This document shows positions 1-8,441 of a stretch of DNA of 64,000 nt, one piece after another. Source of the DNA: Akkermansia sp. Its GTDB lineage: Bacteria; Verrucomicrobiota; Verrucomicrobiia; Verrucomicrobiales; Akkermansiaceae. Position 1 is the stretch's first letter. The number at the start of each line of letters is the position of its first letter. Made by a program: the position numbers and the translations under genes. The notes beneath the pieces are model-generated. The model saw nothing but the letters and a program-made list of their open reading frames with translations. It ran no database searches and was not told the DNA's origin. Where the stretch lies: NCBI GenBank assembly GCA_022787425.1, contig JALFWB010000006.1, positions 23,528-87,527 of the forward strand, read 5' to 3'.

Positions 1-129
1 TTCTGTTGGCTGTCTACCGGTTATTCCGGCTTTACCTGTGTGCAGGTGCTGATGTGGGTCAGCCTCGTGCTCACCCTCTGGAGCGGAGCCAACTACTGCA
101 TCCGCAATCGGCATCTCTTTAACGATTAG
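1..129 (+). CDS. C-terminal fragment of a CDP-alcohol phosphatidyltransferase-like membrane protein (5' end outside window)
   Basis: Frame +1 is open from base 1 to TAG at 127-129. The translation FCWLSTGYSGFTCVQVLMWVSLVLTLWSGANYCIRNRHLFND is a hydrophobic terminal helix with an LWSG.NY tail reminiscent of PgsA-type enzymes. Only 42 codons are visible. Confidence 0.35.
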   Translation, partial: FCWLSTGYSGFTCVQVLMWVSLVLTLWSGANYCIRNRHLFND

Positions 130-889
130 CATCATTCCCCGGCTTAGGGGCTTGCCAAGAGCCCTGCAGGAGTTGCCGCAGCAGGTTGCGGACGGTGAAG
201 GGGGGCTTGATGCTTTCGCCCGGCTCGGCGACCGGCTGAGCTGTTCTCTCGGCGCACTTTGCTGCTCTTACGGGAGACTTTGCAAGACCGGAGGGCCCCA
301 TAACGGCGGGCTCGGCGGTATTCGATTTCCGGCAAACGGCCACACCGTGAACAGCAGGCTCAGACGCCCAGTGCCGCGCTATCCCTGCCGCCTCTGCTGC
401 CGGGGTGGCCACCAACCTTGCGACCGCGACTTGCGGCACAGCAGGCCGGACGATGGGTTCGGGTTCTGCTGTGTTTTGAACAATAACTGCTTCGTCACAC
501 TCCGCCTCGTAAGCCGCCTCTTTGGCGGTTTCTGAGACCGCAACAGGTTGCACGGCCGGACCGGTCTGAACCGCCTGCGACGACCCCCCCTCCACTTGTG
601 CAAGGGAGGGCAGGGGAGAAGGCAGGGAGGTGCTATCGTCCTCCCATACGGCGTACATGGTTCCACCCACGCAGACCATCAGGATGGCGGCTGCCTTCAG
701 CCACCGGCGGGTGTAGACCGAGGACACCCCCGCAGCTGCAGCGGCATCCAAGCTGTGCTTCAGCCTGTCGGTTGCCTCGTCAGTCATGCGTATCTCGGCA
801 TGGTCGCGGGCTGCCAGTTCGCGTAACTCCTTTTCCGTTTGCAGCAAATCGGCCTCAAGAGCCTCGAGCTCCTCGTCCTCTGTCTTCAT
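119..889 (-). CDS. putative anti-sigma factor (single-pass membrane protein)
   Basis: ORF 119-1021 trimmed to ATG 889, which overlaps the upstream sigma-factor stop as ATGA (886-889, checked in sequence). Acidic coiled N-terminus, one TM helix WLKAAAILMVCVGGTMYAVW, and a Pro/Ala/Val-rich C-terminal part. No zinc-finger anti-sigma motif, so the call rests mainly on position. Confidence 0.55.
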   Translation of the reverse strand: MKTEDEELEALEADLLQTEKELRELAARDHAEIRMTDEATDRLKHSLDAAAAAGVSSVYTRRWLKAAAILMVCVGGTMYAVWEDDSTSLPSPLPSLAQVEGGSSQAVQTGPAVQPVAVSETAKEAAYEAECDEAVIVQNTAEPEPIVRPAVPQVAVARLVATPAAEAAGIARHWASEPAVHGVAVCRKSNTAEPAVMGPSGLAKSPVRAAKCAERTAQPVAEPGESIKPPFTVRNLLRQLLQGSWQAPKPGNDANR

Positions 890-1437
890 AACTCTGTCTT
901 CACGGTCAGTGGGTTCATCATACGTTTTACCGCGAGCAAGGCGGCCCGGTAACGACTGCGCACCGTCGACTCCGGCTGGGAGAGACTGCGCGCGATGGAA
1001 GCGAAGGTTTGCTCCTCCCATATACGCAGCAGCAGAACCTCCGCTTGCTCCGGTGGCAATGCTTTCACTGCCCGGCGCAGGTGGTAGTGGCGGTCATCTT
1101 CATCCGCCTCGCTGTTCTGCGATGAGAGAACTGTTTCGTTGTAATACATTCGTTCTGCTTTTGCCTGGCGCCGGGAATGCTGCAGAGCATGCACGGCCTC
1201 CCGACACAGAGCCCGCATGGTGTAGGGCAGCAAATCCTCCTCCCGTGCCGGCACTCGTTCCTCCGCCACCGCTCGCACCACCTTGGTTGCGACACGGCTC
1301 AGGAGAAGCTCCTCATCCACCTCGTTACCCACGCGGCGGCGCACACAGGCCAGCAGACGATGGCGCGCTGCAAGAAACCATTCCTTGCACTTCTCCACGC
1401 CTTCCCGGCTCGATGCCTTCACTGAAAGAAAACTCAC
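886..1437 (-). CDS. ECF-type sigma-70 family RNA polymerase sigma factor
   Basis: 183-aa ORF with a GTG start at 1437 (alternative GTG at 1422). The C-terminal HTH LPPEQAEVLLLRIWEEQTFASIARSLSQPESTVRSRYRAALLAVK is typical of ECF region 4, and the size is typical. Confidence 0.85.
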   Translation of the reverse strand: MSFLSVKASSREGVEKCKEWFLAARHRLLACVRRRVGNEVDEELLLSRVATKVVRAVAEERVPAREEDLLPYTMRALCREAVHALQHSRRQAKAERMYYNETVLSSQNSEADEDDRHYHLRRAVKALPPEQAEVLLLRIWEEQTFASIARSLSQPESTVRSRYRAALLAVKRMMNPLTVKTEL

Positions 1438-1511
1438 TTTACTACAGATAAGGGGATTCCACCGACTATCCGCGAATATTTTTACGTCGTCGGCTCATTT
1501 TTTCGGGAAAA

Positions 1512-1880
1512 CTACTCCGGAGGCTCCGGTTTGCCGTGGGAAATGCGGAGGGAACGAGCAGACAGAGAGCGCCCCCGCCGGGCGGCTCGCTCTGCCTCTG
1601 CCTGCCGGGCGGACGGGGCACCGGTGCGCAAGTGCTCCAGCTCATCGCACAGCGCGCGTCGAGCTAGGAAGCGGTTGACCTCCCGCTCCCGCTCGCGGTG
1701 GCAGCGCACCACCAAGCCGCTCGGCAAGTGGGTGAGGCAGACGCAGTTATTCGTCTTGTTTACCTTCTGACCGCCCTTGCCGCCGCCGCGTGTGAACTTC
1801 TCCTCCAAATCAGCCGGGCGTATACCGAGAGCCTTCATGCGCTCGGCCAACTCTGCTGTTTTTTCCGGAGAAACGGGCAT
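1512..1880 (-). CDS. stand-alone GGQ-domain protein (class I release factor domain 3 only; ArfB/peptidyl-tRNA hydrolase-like)
   Basis: 122 aa. GGKGGQKVNKTNNCVCLTHLPSGLVVRCHREREREVNRFLA matches the GGQ loop and following strands of RF domain 3. Arg-rich C-tail. Far too short for RF1/RF2. Confidence 0.8.
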   Translation of the reverse strand: MPVSPEKTAELAERMKALGIRPADLEEKFTRGGGKGGQKVNKTNNCVCLTHLPSGLVVRCHREREREVNRFLARRALCDELEHLRTGAPSARQAEAERAARRGRSLSARSLRISHGKPEPPE

Positions 1881-1886
1881 TCCTCG

Positions 1887-3221
1887 TCAACCGATTTCTA
1901 CCTCACCCTGCAGGGGTTCACCGGGTGTGAAACGATGCGGACCGCGCACGACCAGTCGATGGCAGTGCTTCAGACCGGGTACGCCCAAGGACTCCAGAGA
2001 ATCCACCTGTTTGTAGAGTTTGGTATCCAGCAATACCACGGGGGCTACCCCGCCGCACTCCGGGGCCAGCTGCATGCAGCCGCTCTCATCGATTTCCACG
2101 GCATCCGAGCGAAGGAGCAGGAGGTCCGAGCAGGTCTTGACAGGGAAGAAACGCGAACGCGGTACGCATACCGCCCGTGCCCCCGGGAAGCATTGGATGG
2201 CGGCACCCATGGCCGTTTCCAGCTGGTAGACACGCGGGGAGCTCGCATCGCGCGGGTCCACCGTTTTCTCATTGCGGATCACGGGCAGCGGCATTACTCC
2301 ACCGTGTTCATCGAGATAATCCTTCAGCGCATCCAGTCGCAGCCACAGGTTATTCGTGTTAAAATAGCGGTGTTTTTCGATGTCACGGAACGCCTCGGCA
2401 TCCTCCGGCAGGCACTGGGCTGTCTCTCTCAACAGTAGCTGACCATCCGTCCGCCTCGTTGCCAAGTGCCCGCCCTTGCGGTCTGCCTCCGTGCGGCGGG
2501 TCACCTCCATGACAAAGGGAGCCCCGCTCTCCGCAAAGCAGCGCAGGAAGCGCGTATCCGGCTGTGCGCCCAAGTTGTCGGAATTGGAGATAAAGGCGTA
2601 CTTGACCCCCGCCGCCAGCAGCTCCTCCAAACGACCGGAGCCCACCAGCGCGGCGTACAAATCCCCGTGTCCGGGCGGGCACCACTCCAACTCCGGAGCC
2701 GCCGGCCACTCCGCCGGGGCCAGAGTATCCGCCAAGAGTTTAGGCACGCGGTTCTGCATCATCTCAACCTGCTCTGCCTTGCCGAATCCCTCGTCCGCAT
2801 AGCGTTGCAGGTGGGCCAGCGTATCTGCGGAGGTGGAGAAACTGTTCATTAACAACAGGCGCACCGGGCAAGCTGCCGCTTGGCGCAGGCTGCGGACCTG
2901 TCGTATAATGGTGTCCAGAAAGGTGATGCCGGGCTTGATCTGCAGAAGGCTCTTGGCCTTCTGCAGGCCCATGCTCGTGCCGAGTCCGCCGTTGAGCTTG
3001 ATGACTACCATCTGTCGCAGCAAGTCCGCATCTGCCGGGGCTGTGCCGCTCACCGCCTCCTCCCAGTCCATCACGCCCTCTGCCGGTTGAATTTCGGACT
3101 CGGGTATCATCATTTGCGCGCCGGATTGCAGTACCTGCACGCTGTGTCGAAATGCATCAATAGCCGCCCCGGCGATCCCGGCGCGGCGCATCTTCTGTTC
3201 AATGATGTCAAAACTGCTCAT
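1887..3221 (-). CDS. UTP--glucose-1-phosphate uridylyltransferase, UDPGP (eukaryote-type) family
   Basis: KLNGGLGTSMG loop, ISNSDNLGA and about 445 aa match the UGP/UDPGP family rather than GalU. Start set at ATG 3221 because a TTGCCA-17-TATACT promoter (3233-3261) lies inside the longer track ORF. Confidence 0.85.
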   Translation of the reverse strand: MSSFDIIEQKMRRAGIAGAAIDAFRHSVQVLQSGAQMMIPESEIQPAEGVMDWEEAVSGTAPADADLLRQMVVIKLNGGLGTSMGLQKAKSLLQIKPGITFLDTIIRQVRSLRQAAACPVRLLLMNSFSTSADTLAHLQRYADEGFGKAEQVEMMQNRVPKLLADTLAPAEWPAAPELEWCPPGHGDLYAALVGSGRLEELLAAGVKYAFISNSDNLGAQPDTRFLRCFAESGAPFVMEVTRRTEADRKGGHLATRRTDGQLLLRETAQCLPEDAEAFRDIEKHRYFNTNNLWLRLDALKDYLDEHGGVMPLPVIRNEKTVDPRDASSPRVYQLETAMGAAIQCFPGARAVCVPRSRFFPVKTCSDLLLLRSDAVEIDESGCMQLAPECGGVAPVVLLDTKLYKQVDSLESLGVPGLKHCHRLVVRGPHRFTPGEPLQGEVEIG

Positions 3222-3232
3222 ACTCACTCGTG

Positions 3233-3261
3233 AGTATAGCGCACTTCGCCCCGCTTGGCAA
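3233..3261 (-). promoter_or_regulatory. sigma70-type promoter of the UGPase gene: TTGCCA-17-TATACT, ATG 11 nt downstream
   Basis: Read on the minus strand: -35 at 3261-3256, -10 at 3238-3233, ATG at 3221. Confidence 0.6.
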
Positions 3262-3303
3262 CTCAAAAAATGCCGCAGCGGGCCATTTTCCGCAAAGCAA
3301 GAA

Positions 3304-3328
3304 CCCCTCGGCCGATCGGACCGAGGGG
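3304..3328 (-). terminator. possible terminator hairpin after prc
   Basis: CCCCTCGG (3304-3311) / CCGAGGGG (3321-3328), 8-bp stem and 9-nt loop. The downstream minus-strand tail TTCTTGCTTTG is only moderately T-rich. Confidence 0.4.
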
Positions 3329-3356
3329 TGGCAAGGAAGTTGCTGTCTCTGCAGGA

Positions 3357-5570
3357 TCAATAAGAGGAGACCATGTCGGAGACAATGTTCAGACTCTCGC
3401 GCAACAGCGGGTCGAGCCCGGAGGGGTAGTCCGGGGAGTCGGCCAGCTCATCATCGGGATCCTTCACCTCGTCCATGAAGCTCTTCTTATCCTCCGAGGG
3501 GTTGTAGAGGGGCAGCTTGCTCTTGGCAACATCCTCGAGGTAGAGGCGGTAGATAACCATGTCGCGGGCATCCGACTCGGCGAGTTGTGCGTAGCGGGCG
3601 GCGCGCTCGGCATCGATGCTCTTCTTGCGCTCGAGCAACTTGGCGTTCTCGTCCTCGCGGGCCTTCTTGTTCAGGGAGAGGCGGTTCTCCTCCTGCTGCT
3701 TGAGGGAGCGGTCGGCATCCTCACGCAGGTAGCACATATCGAGGTCTTGGTTCACGCGCTTCTCACTGGCTTGGCGCAGGGACGGGATCAGGGCATCGAG
3801 TCGGGTGTCGCGCACGTAGTTGGGGGCCTTCGGCAGCTCATGGAAGGGCAGGGCGTTGTCCAAGTCGCACTCGCCGTACTTGATACCCGTAGTGATGGAA
3901 GGCAGAACGATATCGCTGGCCACACCCTTCATCTGAGTGCTGGCACCGCAGACGCGGTAGAACTGCTGGATGGTGTACTTAATCATGCCGGCCCCCTCGC
4001 GGTTGGAGACCAAGGGCAGGAAGTCCGCCAGGGAGCGCGGTACCTGCACCGTGCCCTTGCCGAAGGTGCGCTCATCGCCCACAATCAGCGCGCGACCGTA
4101 GTCTGCCATGGCACCGGCGAAAATCTCGGAGGCGGAGGCGGAGAACTTGTTGCAGAGCACCACCAATTTGCCGTCGAAAATGGGGTTGCCGCTCACCTGC
4201 AGTCGGTCGATCTGGTGGCGGTGATTCATCACCTGCACCACGGGACCGGAGCCGATGAAGTAGCCCACCATCTTGCGGACTTCATCCAGCGAACCGCCGC
4301 CGTTGAAGCGAAGGTCGATAACAATACCCTGCACGCCCTCCTTCACCATGCGGCGCAGAATACGCTTGACGTCCGCCGCACAGTGCGCGCCGTTGCCGTC
4401 CAGATCCACATAGAAGGCCGGCAGCGTCAGAATGCCGAGGCGGTAGGTTGTGTCCCCGCGCTTCATGTCGATGATACGTGCGCTGGCAAGCTCCTCGGAC
4501 ATGGGTACTTCGTCGCGGCGGATCATCACCTCTTTCTCCTCGCTGCTGTTTTCGCTGATGATGCGCAGCTTCACGGTGCTGCCCATCTTACCGCGGATCA
4601 GGTCCACCACCTTGTCGATGCTCATGTACATGATGTCCGTCCACTGACCATCGCCGTTGCGATCCACGGCGATGATGTGGTCACCCAAGGCGATCTGGCC
4701 GCATTTGGCAGCGGGACCACCCTTCACGATGCCCTCCACGGTGGTGGAGCCATCGTCATCCGCCTTCAGACGGGCACCGATACCGACGATGGAAGCACCC
4801 ATCATGTCCTTGAAACGCTGCTCCGCGCGCGCACCCATGTAGTCGCTGTGCGGGTCATAGGAGGCGGCCACGGCGTTGAGCACGTCCGTCACCATGTCCT
4901 CCAAGTCTGCCTCCTGCACCTCGGAACGGCGGCGCTTGATGCGAGAGCGCACTTTCTCGATGACGGAAACATCCTTGGCGGAGGGATCGCTCTTGCCCTT
5001 CTCCGCAGCCAGCTTGGCCAAGTTATCACGGCGAATCTGCTCGGAGAGCAGCATGTTCTCCACCTGGTCATGCCACACCTGCTCGAGGGCAGCCTCATCG
5101 GCGGCGCGATCCACCTTGCGGCGGCTGCGCTCCACGCTGCGGTCGCTGTCAAAGGAAGGCAGCTTGCCGTTGTAGGAATTCAGCAGCTTCTCGGCGTAGT
5201 CCAAATAGTGCGTGGCTCGCTCGGTGTACATGGCGTTCAGCTCGCGGGCCAGCGTGACCGTCTGGTTGGCAATCAGGAAATCGCCGAACTCTACCCCATA
5301 TTTGTTCATGAGGGCATCGACGTCCTGCTGCGTGAAGAATAGGCGCTGCGGATCCTGCATCTGCAGGTACTGCTCCAGAAACTTTTTGTATAAAGCCGAT
5401 GAGAATCGGGTCTGGGAGAAGTGCGCATTCTGCATGATGAGCGAGAATTGGCGGCCGATGCTGTTGTAATCCGGCTCCGCCTTGGCCGGGGTAACGCAGG
5501 ACACAAGAGCCACGGCCGCAGCCGCACACATGCCCGCATGTTTCAATCCTTTGATCAGTGTCTGGTACAT
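3357..5570 (-). CDS. prc: tail-specific (C-terminal processing) protease, S41 family
   Basis: 737 aa with a signal-peptide-like N-terminus. PDZ segment GIGARLKADDDGSTTVEGIVKGGPAAKCGQIALGDHIIAV. S41 core LVVLCNKFSASASEIFAGAMADYGRALIVGDERTFGKGTVQ. Long C-terminal extension as in Prc. Confidence 0.9.
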   Translation of the reverse strand: MYQTLIKGLKHAGMCAAAAVALVSCVTPAKAEPDYNSIGRQFSLIMQNAHFSQTRFSSALYKKFLEQYLQMQDPQRLFFTQQDVDALMNKYGVEFGDFLIANQTVTLARELNAMYTERATHYLDYAEKLLNSYNGKLPSFDSDRSVERSRRKVDRAADEAALEQVWHDQVENMLLSEQIRRDNLAKLAAEKGKSDPSAKDVSVIEKVRSRIKRRRSEVQEADLEDMVTDVLNAVAASYDPHSDYMGARAEQRFKDMMGASIVGIGARLKADDDGSTTVEGIVKGGPAAKCGQIALGDHIIAVDRNGDGQWTDIMYMSIDKVVDLIRGKMGSTVKLRIISENSSEEKEVMIRRDEVPMSEELASARIIDMKRGDTTYRLGILTLPAFYVDLDGNGAHCAADVKRILRRMVKEGVQGIVIDLRFNGGGSLDEVRKMVGYFIGSGPVVQVMNHRHQIDRLQVSGNPIFDGKLVVLCNKFSASASEIFAGAMADYGRALIVGDERTFGKGTVQVPRSLADFLPLVSNREGAGMIKYTIQQFYRVCGASTQMKGVASDIVLPSITTGIKYGECDLDNALPFHELPKAPNYVRDTRLDALIPSLRQASEKRVNQDLDMCYLREDADRSLKQQEENRLSLNKKAREDENAKLLERKKSIDAERAARYAQLAESDARDMVIYRLYLEDVAKSKLPLYNPSEDKKSFMDEVKDPDDELADSPDYPSGLDPLLRESLNIVSDMVSSY

Positions 5571-5849
5571 AAAAAAACTGAATTTTCCCCCGCCCCGCGC
5601 GCGGAACGAGCAGTACTTGCCCAGTCATACGCACAAGACTGCCGGCTTTTATCACACTTTCAGCGTCACACACACATTTTTACGAAACCCTCCTCCCCGC
5701 CGGGCTCGCGCGCGGCCTATTTCTCCTCCCGGCCGTGCAGGGGGGAGAAAAAACAGTGCTCCGTCAGTTTATGGTGAATCCGCCTTTTCGTATGCTTCTC
5801 AGGACGGATATCCCCTCCGGCCGCAAATGAGCGCACAAATGGGATTTGC

Positions 5850-7934
5850 TTAGGCGAAGAGGGAGGCTAGTTGGTAGATGAGGACGGCGGCGAGGAAGCC
5901 GATGAGGTTGAGGAAGAGGAATTGGAGGATGGTGAAGCGCCAGCTGCCTGTTTCCTTGCGTACAACGGCGACAGTACCGAGGCAGGGGAGGGCGAGCAGG
6001 GCAAAGGTCATGATGCCGAGGGCCTGCGGAATGTTGTAGTGGGAACGGATGGCTTGGCGTTTGATGCCCTCCTCGTACTCTTGCTTCTGCGCGGGCGTCA
6101 TCCCTGCTTCTGCGGTGGGGGAGGGCTCCGCTTTGAAGAGGATGCAGAGTTGGGTCACCAGCAGCTCCTTGGCCGAGAAGGCTCCGATCATGGCGGAATT
6201 AGCCTGCCAATCCATGCCGGCGTAGCGAGAGAGTGGCTCGAACACGCGCCCGACGCGGGCTGAGTAGCAGGCCGGGTGTGCGACCTCGGTCTCCCCCTGT
6301 TCGTTATATTGCAAGGGGAACGTGTTGAACACCCAGAGGAGGATGCTGCCGAAGAGGATGAATGTGGCTGCCTTCTTCAGATAACCGCTCGCCTTGTCCC
6401 ACACGCTGAGCAGGTAACTGCGCCAGCGCGGAAGCCGGTAAGAGGGGAGCTCCATGATAAACAGCTCATCCTCGCCGCGAAAGATCGTACTCTTGAGTAG
6501 GCGTGCAACGAGCACGGCCGTGAGAACCCCCAGAAGGTACAGTCCCCACAGGGTCACCGTGCGCCACGCAGGCGGAACAAGTGCCTGAATGATCAGTGTG
6601 AAGACCACCAGACGCGCCGAGCAATTCATGAGCGGCAGAACAAAAATGGTTGCCAAACGATCCCTCCGGCTCTCGATGCTGCGTGTTGCCAGCACTGCCG
6701 GCACATTGCAACTGAAACCGAGCAGCATCGGGATGAAACTCTTGCCGTGCAGCCCCATCTTGTGCATGAACCGGTCCATGAGAAAGGCCGCCCGCGCCAT
6801 GTAGCCCGTTGCCTCCAACAGAGACAGGCAGGCAAAGAGAATTACGATGGTCGGCACAAAGCTGACTACCCCGCCTGCACCGCCGATTACCCCGCGCGTG
6901 ATGAGAGATTGCAGGAGCGGATGCCCCGCCAACAGCGGGCCAATCAGCCCGGAAAGCCAATCGAAGCCCGCCTGCACCGCCTCCACCATGGGGTTGCCTA
7001 GGGTGAATGAGATGTAGAAGATCAGGAACATGATGCCCACAAAAAACAGCATGCCGAAATAGCGGTGTGTCAGCAGGCGGTCCAGAGCAAGCGTCATCAT
7101 CCTCGCATCCGGGCCGGAGGATCGTCCGTTCAGCACTTCTCCCACCAAGCCGTGAATGACGCCGTATCGTTTATCTGTCAGTAACTCGGCGGGTGTTGTG
7201 CCGAACTCCCGCTCGAGCGTATCGCGGCAATCGTTCACAATTTGCAGGAAACGCTGCCCCTTCTCTCCGTGATGGGTAAAATGCGCGATCATCTTACTGT
7301 TTCCCTCCAGCAGGCGGGATGCGATGTAAGATACCGGCTCATCGTGCGGGGGAAATCCCTCCGCCTCATAAGCATGCGTCAGCAGGTGGAAAATGCGGTC
7401 TACAGCCTCGCCGTACTCCGGGCGGCGGATAGTTCCCGTCTTCAGCTCGCCGTAACAAGTGGCACCGATCACCGAACGCAATCTGCGTATACCCTGTCCG
7501 TGGAAAGCATCCGTCCGCACCACCATGACCCCCGTGAGCTCTTCCAAACGCCGGGTATTGATGGTAAGGCCTGCATGCAGAGCCACATCCGACATATTGA
7601 GCACGAGGAGCACCTGCCACCCGAAATGCCAGAGCTGCAGGGTGAGGTAGAGCTGAACATCGAGGTTCGTGCTGTCGACAACGCTGATCACGAGCTTGGG
7701 CTGATGCCGCGTAAGGCAGTGCATGGTGAGCGCCTCCTCCGGTGAATTCTCACCGAGCCGGTAGACCCCGGGAAGGTCGATGAGGTCCACATCGCCCCGG
7801 TCGGTGTGCAGCACCTCATGTACCTCCTCCACTGTCATGCCTACAGCGCGGTTCGTGTTCGTCAGGCAGTTGAAAAGGGCTGTTTTGCCGCTGTGCGGCG
7901 TGCCTAACAGAATAGCTTGGGGAAGTTCACTCAT
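5850..7934 (-). CDS. feoB: ferrous iron transporter FeoB
   Basis: G-domain motifs GTPHSGKT (G1), DLPG (G3) and NMSD (G4), followed by a polytopic membrane domain. Start set at ATG 7934 (MSELPQAILLG). The 108-codon upstream extension in the track overlaps feoA in another frame. Confidence 0.9.
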   Translation of the reverse strand: MSELPQAILLGTPHSGKTALFNCLTNTNRAVGMTVEEVHEVLHTDRGDVDLIDLPGVYRLGENSPEEALTMHCLTRHQPKLVISVVDSTNLDVQLYLTLQLWHFGWQVLLVLNMSDVALHAGLTINTRRLEELTGVMVVRTDAFHGQGIRRLRSVIGATCYGELKTGTIRRPEYGEAVDRIFHLLTHAYEAEGFPPHDEPVSYIASRLLEGNSKMIAHFTHHGEKGQRFLQIVNDCRDTLEREFGTTPAELLTDKRYGVIHGLVGEVLNGRSSGPDARMMTLALDRLLTHRYFGMLFFVGIMFLIFYISFTLGNPMVEAVQAGFDWLSGLIGPLLAGHPLLQSLITRGVIGGAGGVVSFVPTIVILFACLSLLEATGYMARAAFLMDRFMHKMGLHGKSFIPMLLGFSCNVPAVLATRSIESRRDRLATIFVLPLMNCSARLVVFTLIIQALVPPAWRTVTLWGLYLLGVLTAVLVARLLKSTIFRGEDELFIMELPSYRLPRWRSYLLSVWDKASGYLKKAATFILFGSILLWVFNTFPLQYNEQGETEVAHPACYSARVGRVFEPLSRYAGMDWQANSAMIGAFSAKELLVTQLCILFKAEPSPTAEAGMTPAQKQEYEEGIKRQAIRSHYNIPQALGIMTFALLALPCLGTVAVVRKETGSWRFTILQFLFLNLIGFLAAVLIYQLASLFA

Positions 7935-8307
7935 GACAGGAAGAGGGAATGGAGCAGACACGGATGAGCGCGGCCTCGCTGCGGCGTAGGACGACCATGG
8001 AACCCTGCACGGAAAGCAGCATGGGCCCACCGAAAAGAGCCTGCTCGTGCACGGTAACAACGATTCCGCGCACCAGCCCATAGTCCGCAAAGCGATTGAT
8101 GAGATCCTGGTCCCCGGACGCAACGGAAATGACACGCCCACTCTGACCCACGCTGAGCTCCGCCAGCGATACCTCCCGCCCCGGGGGCAGGGAACCGGAG
8201 CAGCCTTTGCAGCCCGGCGAACAGCAGGCACCGCATCCCCGCGTGAACCGCCTAACAAGGGAATCCAACAAACGCGACCAACGTCCTCGCCTGCACCTGC
8301 ACTTCAT
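7927..8307 (-). CDS. feoA: FeoA-domain protein with Cys-rich N-terminal extension
   Basis: C-terminal 75 aa (VSLAELSVGQSGRVISV...GPMLLSVQGSMVVLRRSEAALIRV) fit the FeoA SH3-like domain. 8-nt overlap with the feoB start. ATG 8307 lies 6 nt after a TATACT -10 box (8314-8319). The TTG at 8325 lies inside that promoter. Confidence 0.75.
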   Translation of the reverse strand: MKCRCRRGRWSRLLDSLVRRFTRGCGACCSPGCKGCSGSLPPGREVSLAELSVGQSGRVISVASGDQDLINRFADYGLVRGIVVTVHEQALFGGPMLLSVQGSMVVLRRSEAALIRVCSIPSSCHE

Positions 8308-8313
8308 GCGCCC

Positions 8314-8341
8314 AGTATAGCACAAAACCCCTTGCCCGCAA
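8314..8341 (-). promoter_or_regulatory. promoter of feoAB: TTGCGG-16-TATACT (TGc extended -10), ATG 6 nt downstream
   Basis: -35 at 8341-8336, -10 at 8319-8314, ATG at 8307. Confidence 0.55.
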
Positions 8342-8404
8342 GAAAAAATCGTCCTCCGGTGCTACAAAGAAGGCGCATGCTGACACAGATGCAGCGGAAA
8401 AGGC

Positions 8405-8434
8405 TTGCACCCGAACCCTGAGCCGTGATACGAT
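8405..8434 (+). promoter_or_regulatory. promoter of the hydrolase gene: TTGCAC-18-TACGAT (TGa extended -10), GTG 7 nt downstream
   Basis: -35 at 8405-8410, -10 at 8429-8434, in-frame GTG at 8442. The -10 overlaps the ATG at 8433. Confidence 0.5.
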
Positions 8435-8441
8435 GCGCTGC

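Noticed and set aside
1436-1464. Leaderless-type promoter for the ECF sigma gene (TAAAGT overlapping GTG 1437)
   Set aside because: No acceptable -35 hexamer lies at 16-18 nt, and I could not recognise an ECF-type GGAAC...CGT promoter. It is left unannotated.
3255-5342. 695-aa ORF on the + strand
   Set aside because: It is entirely antisense to the prc gene, which has clear S41/PDZ motifs. The translation is low-complexity (G/A/V/L/H/R-rich), typical of shadow ORFs in GC-rich DNA.
7935-8258. N-terminal extensions of track ORFs (FeoB to 8258, acs to 53195, acyltransferase to 24777, ABC permease to 23076, adh to 38246, Sel1 to 40278, autotransporter to 50672)
   Set aside because: The extensions overlap upstream genes or promoters and lack family similarity. 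Internal ATGs coincide with the canonical N-termini (G1 motif, signal peptides, lipoboxes) and with promoter or coupling signals.
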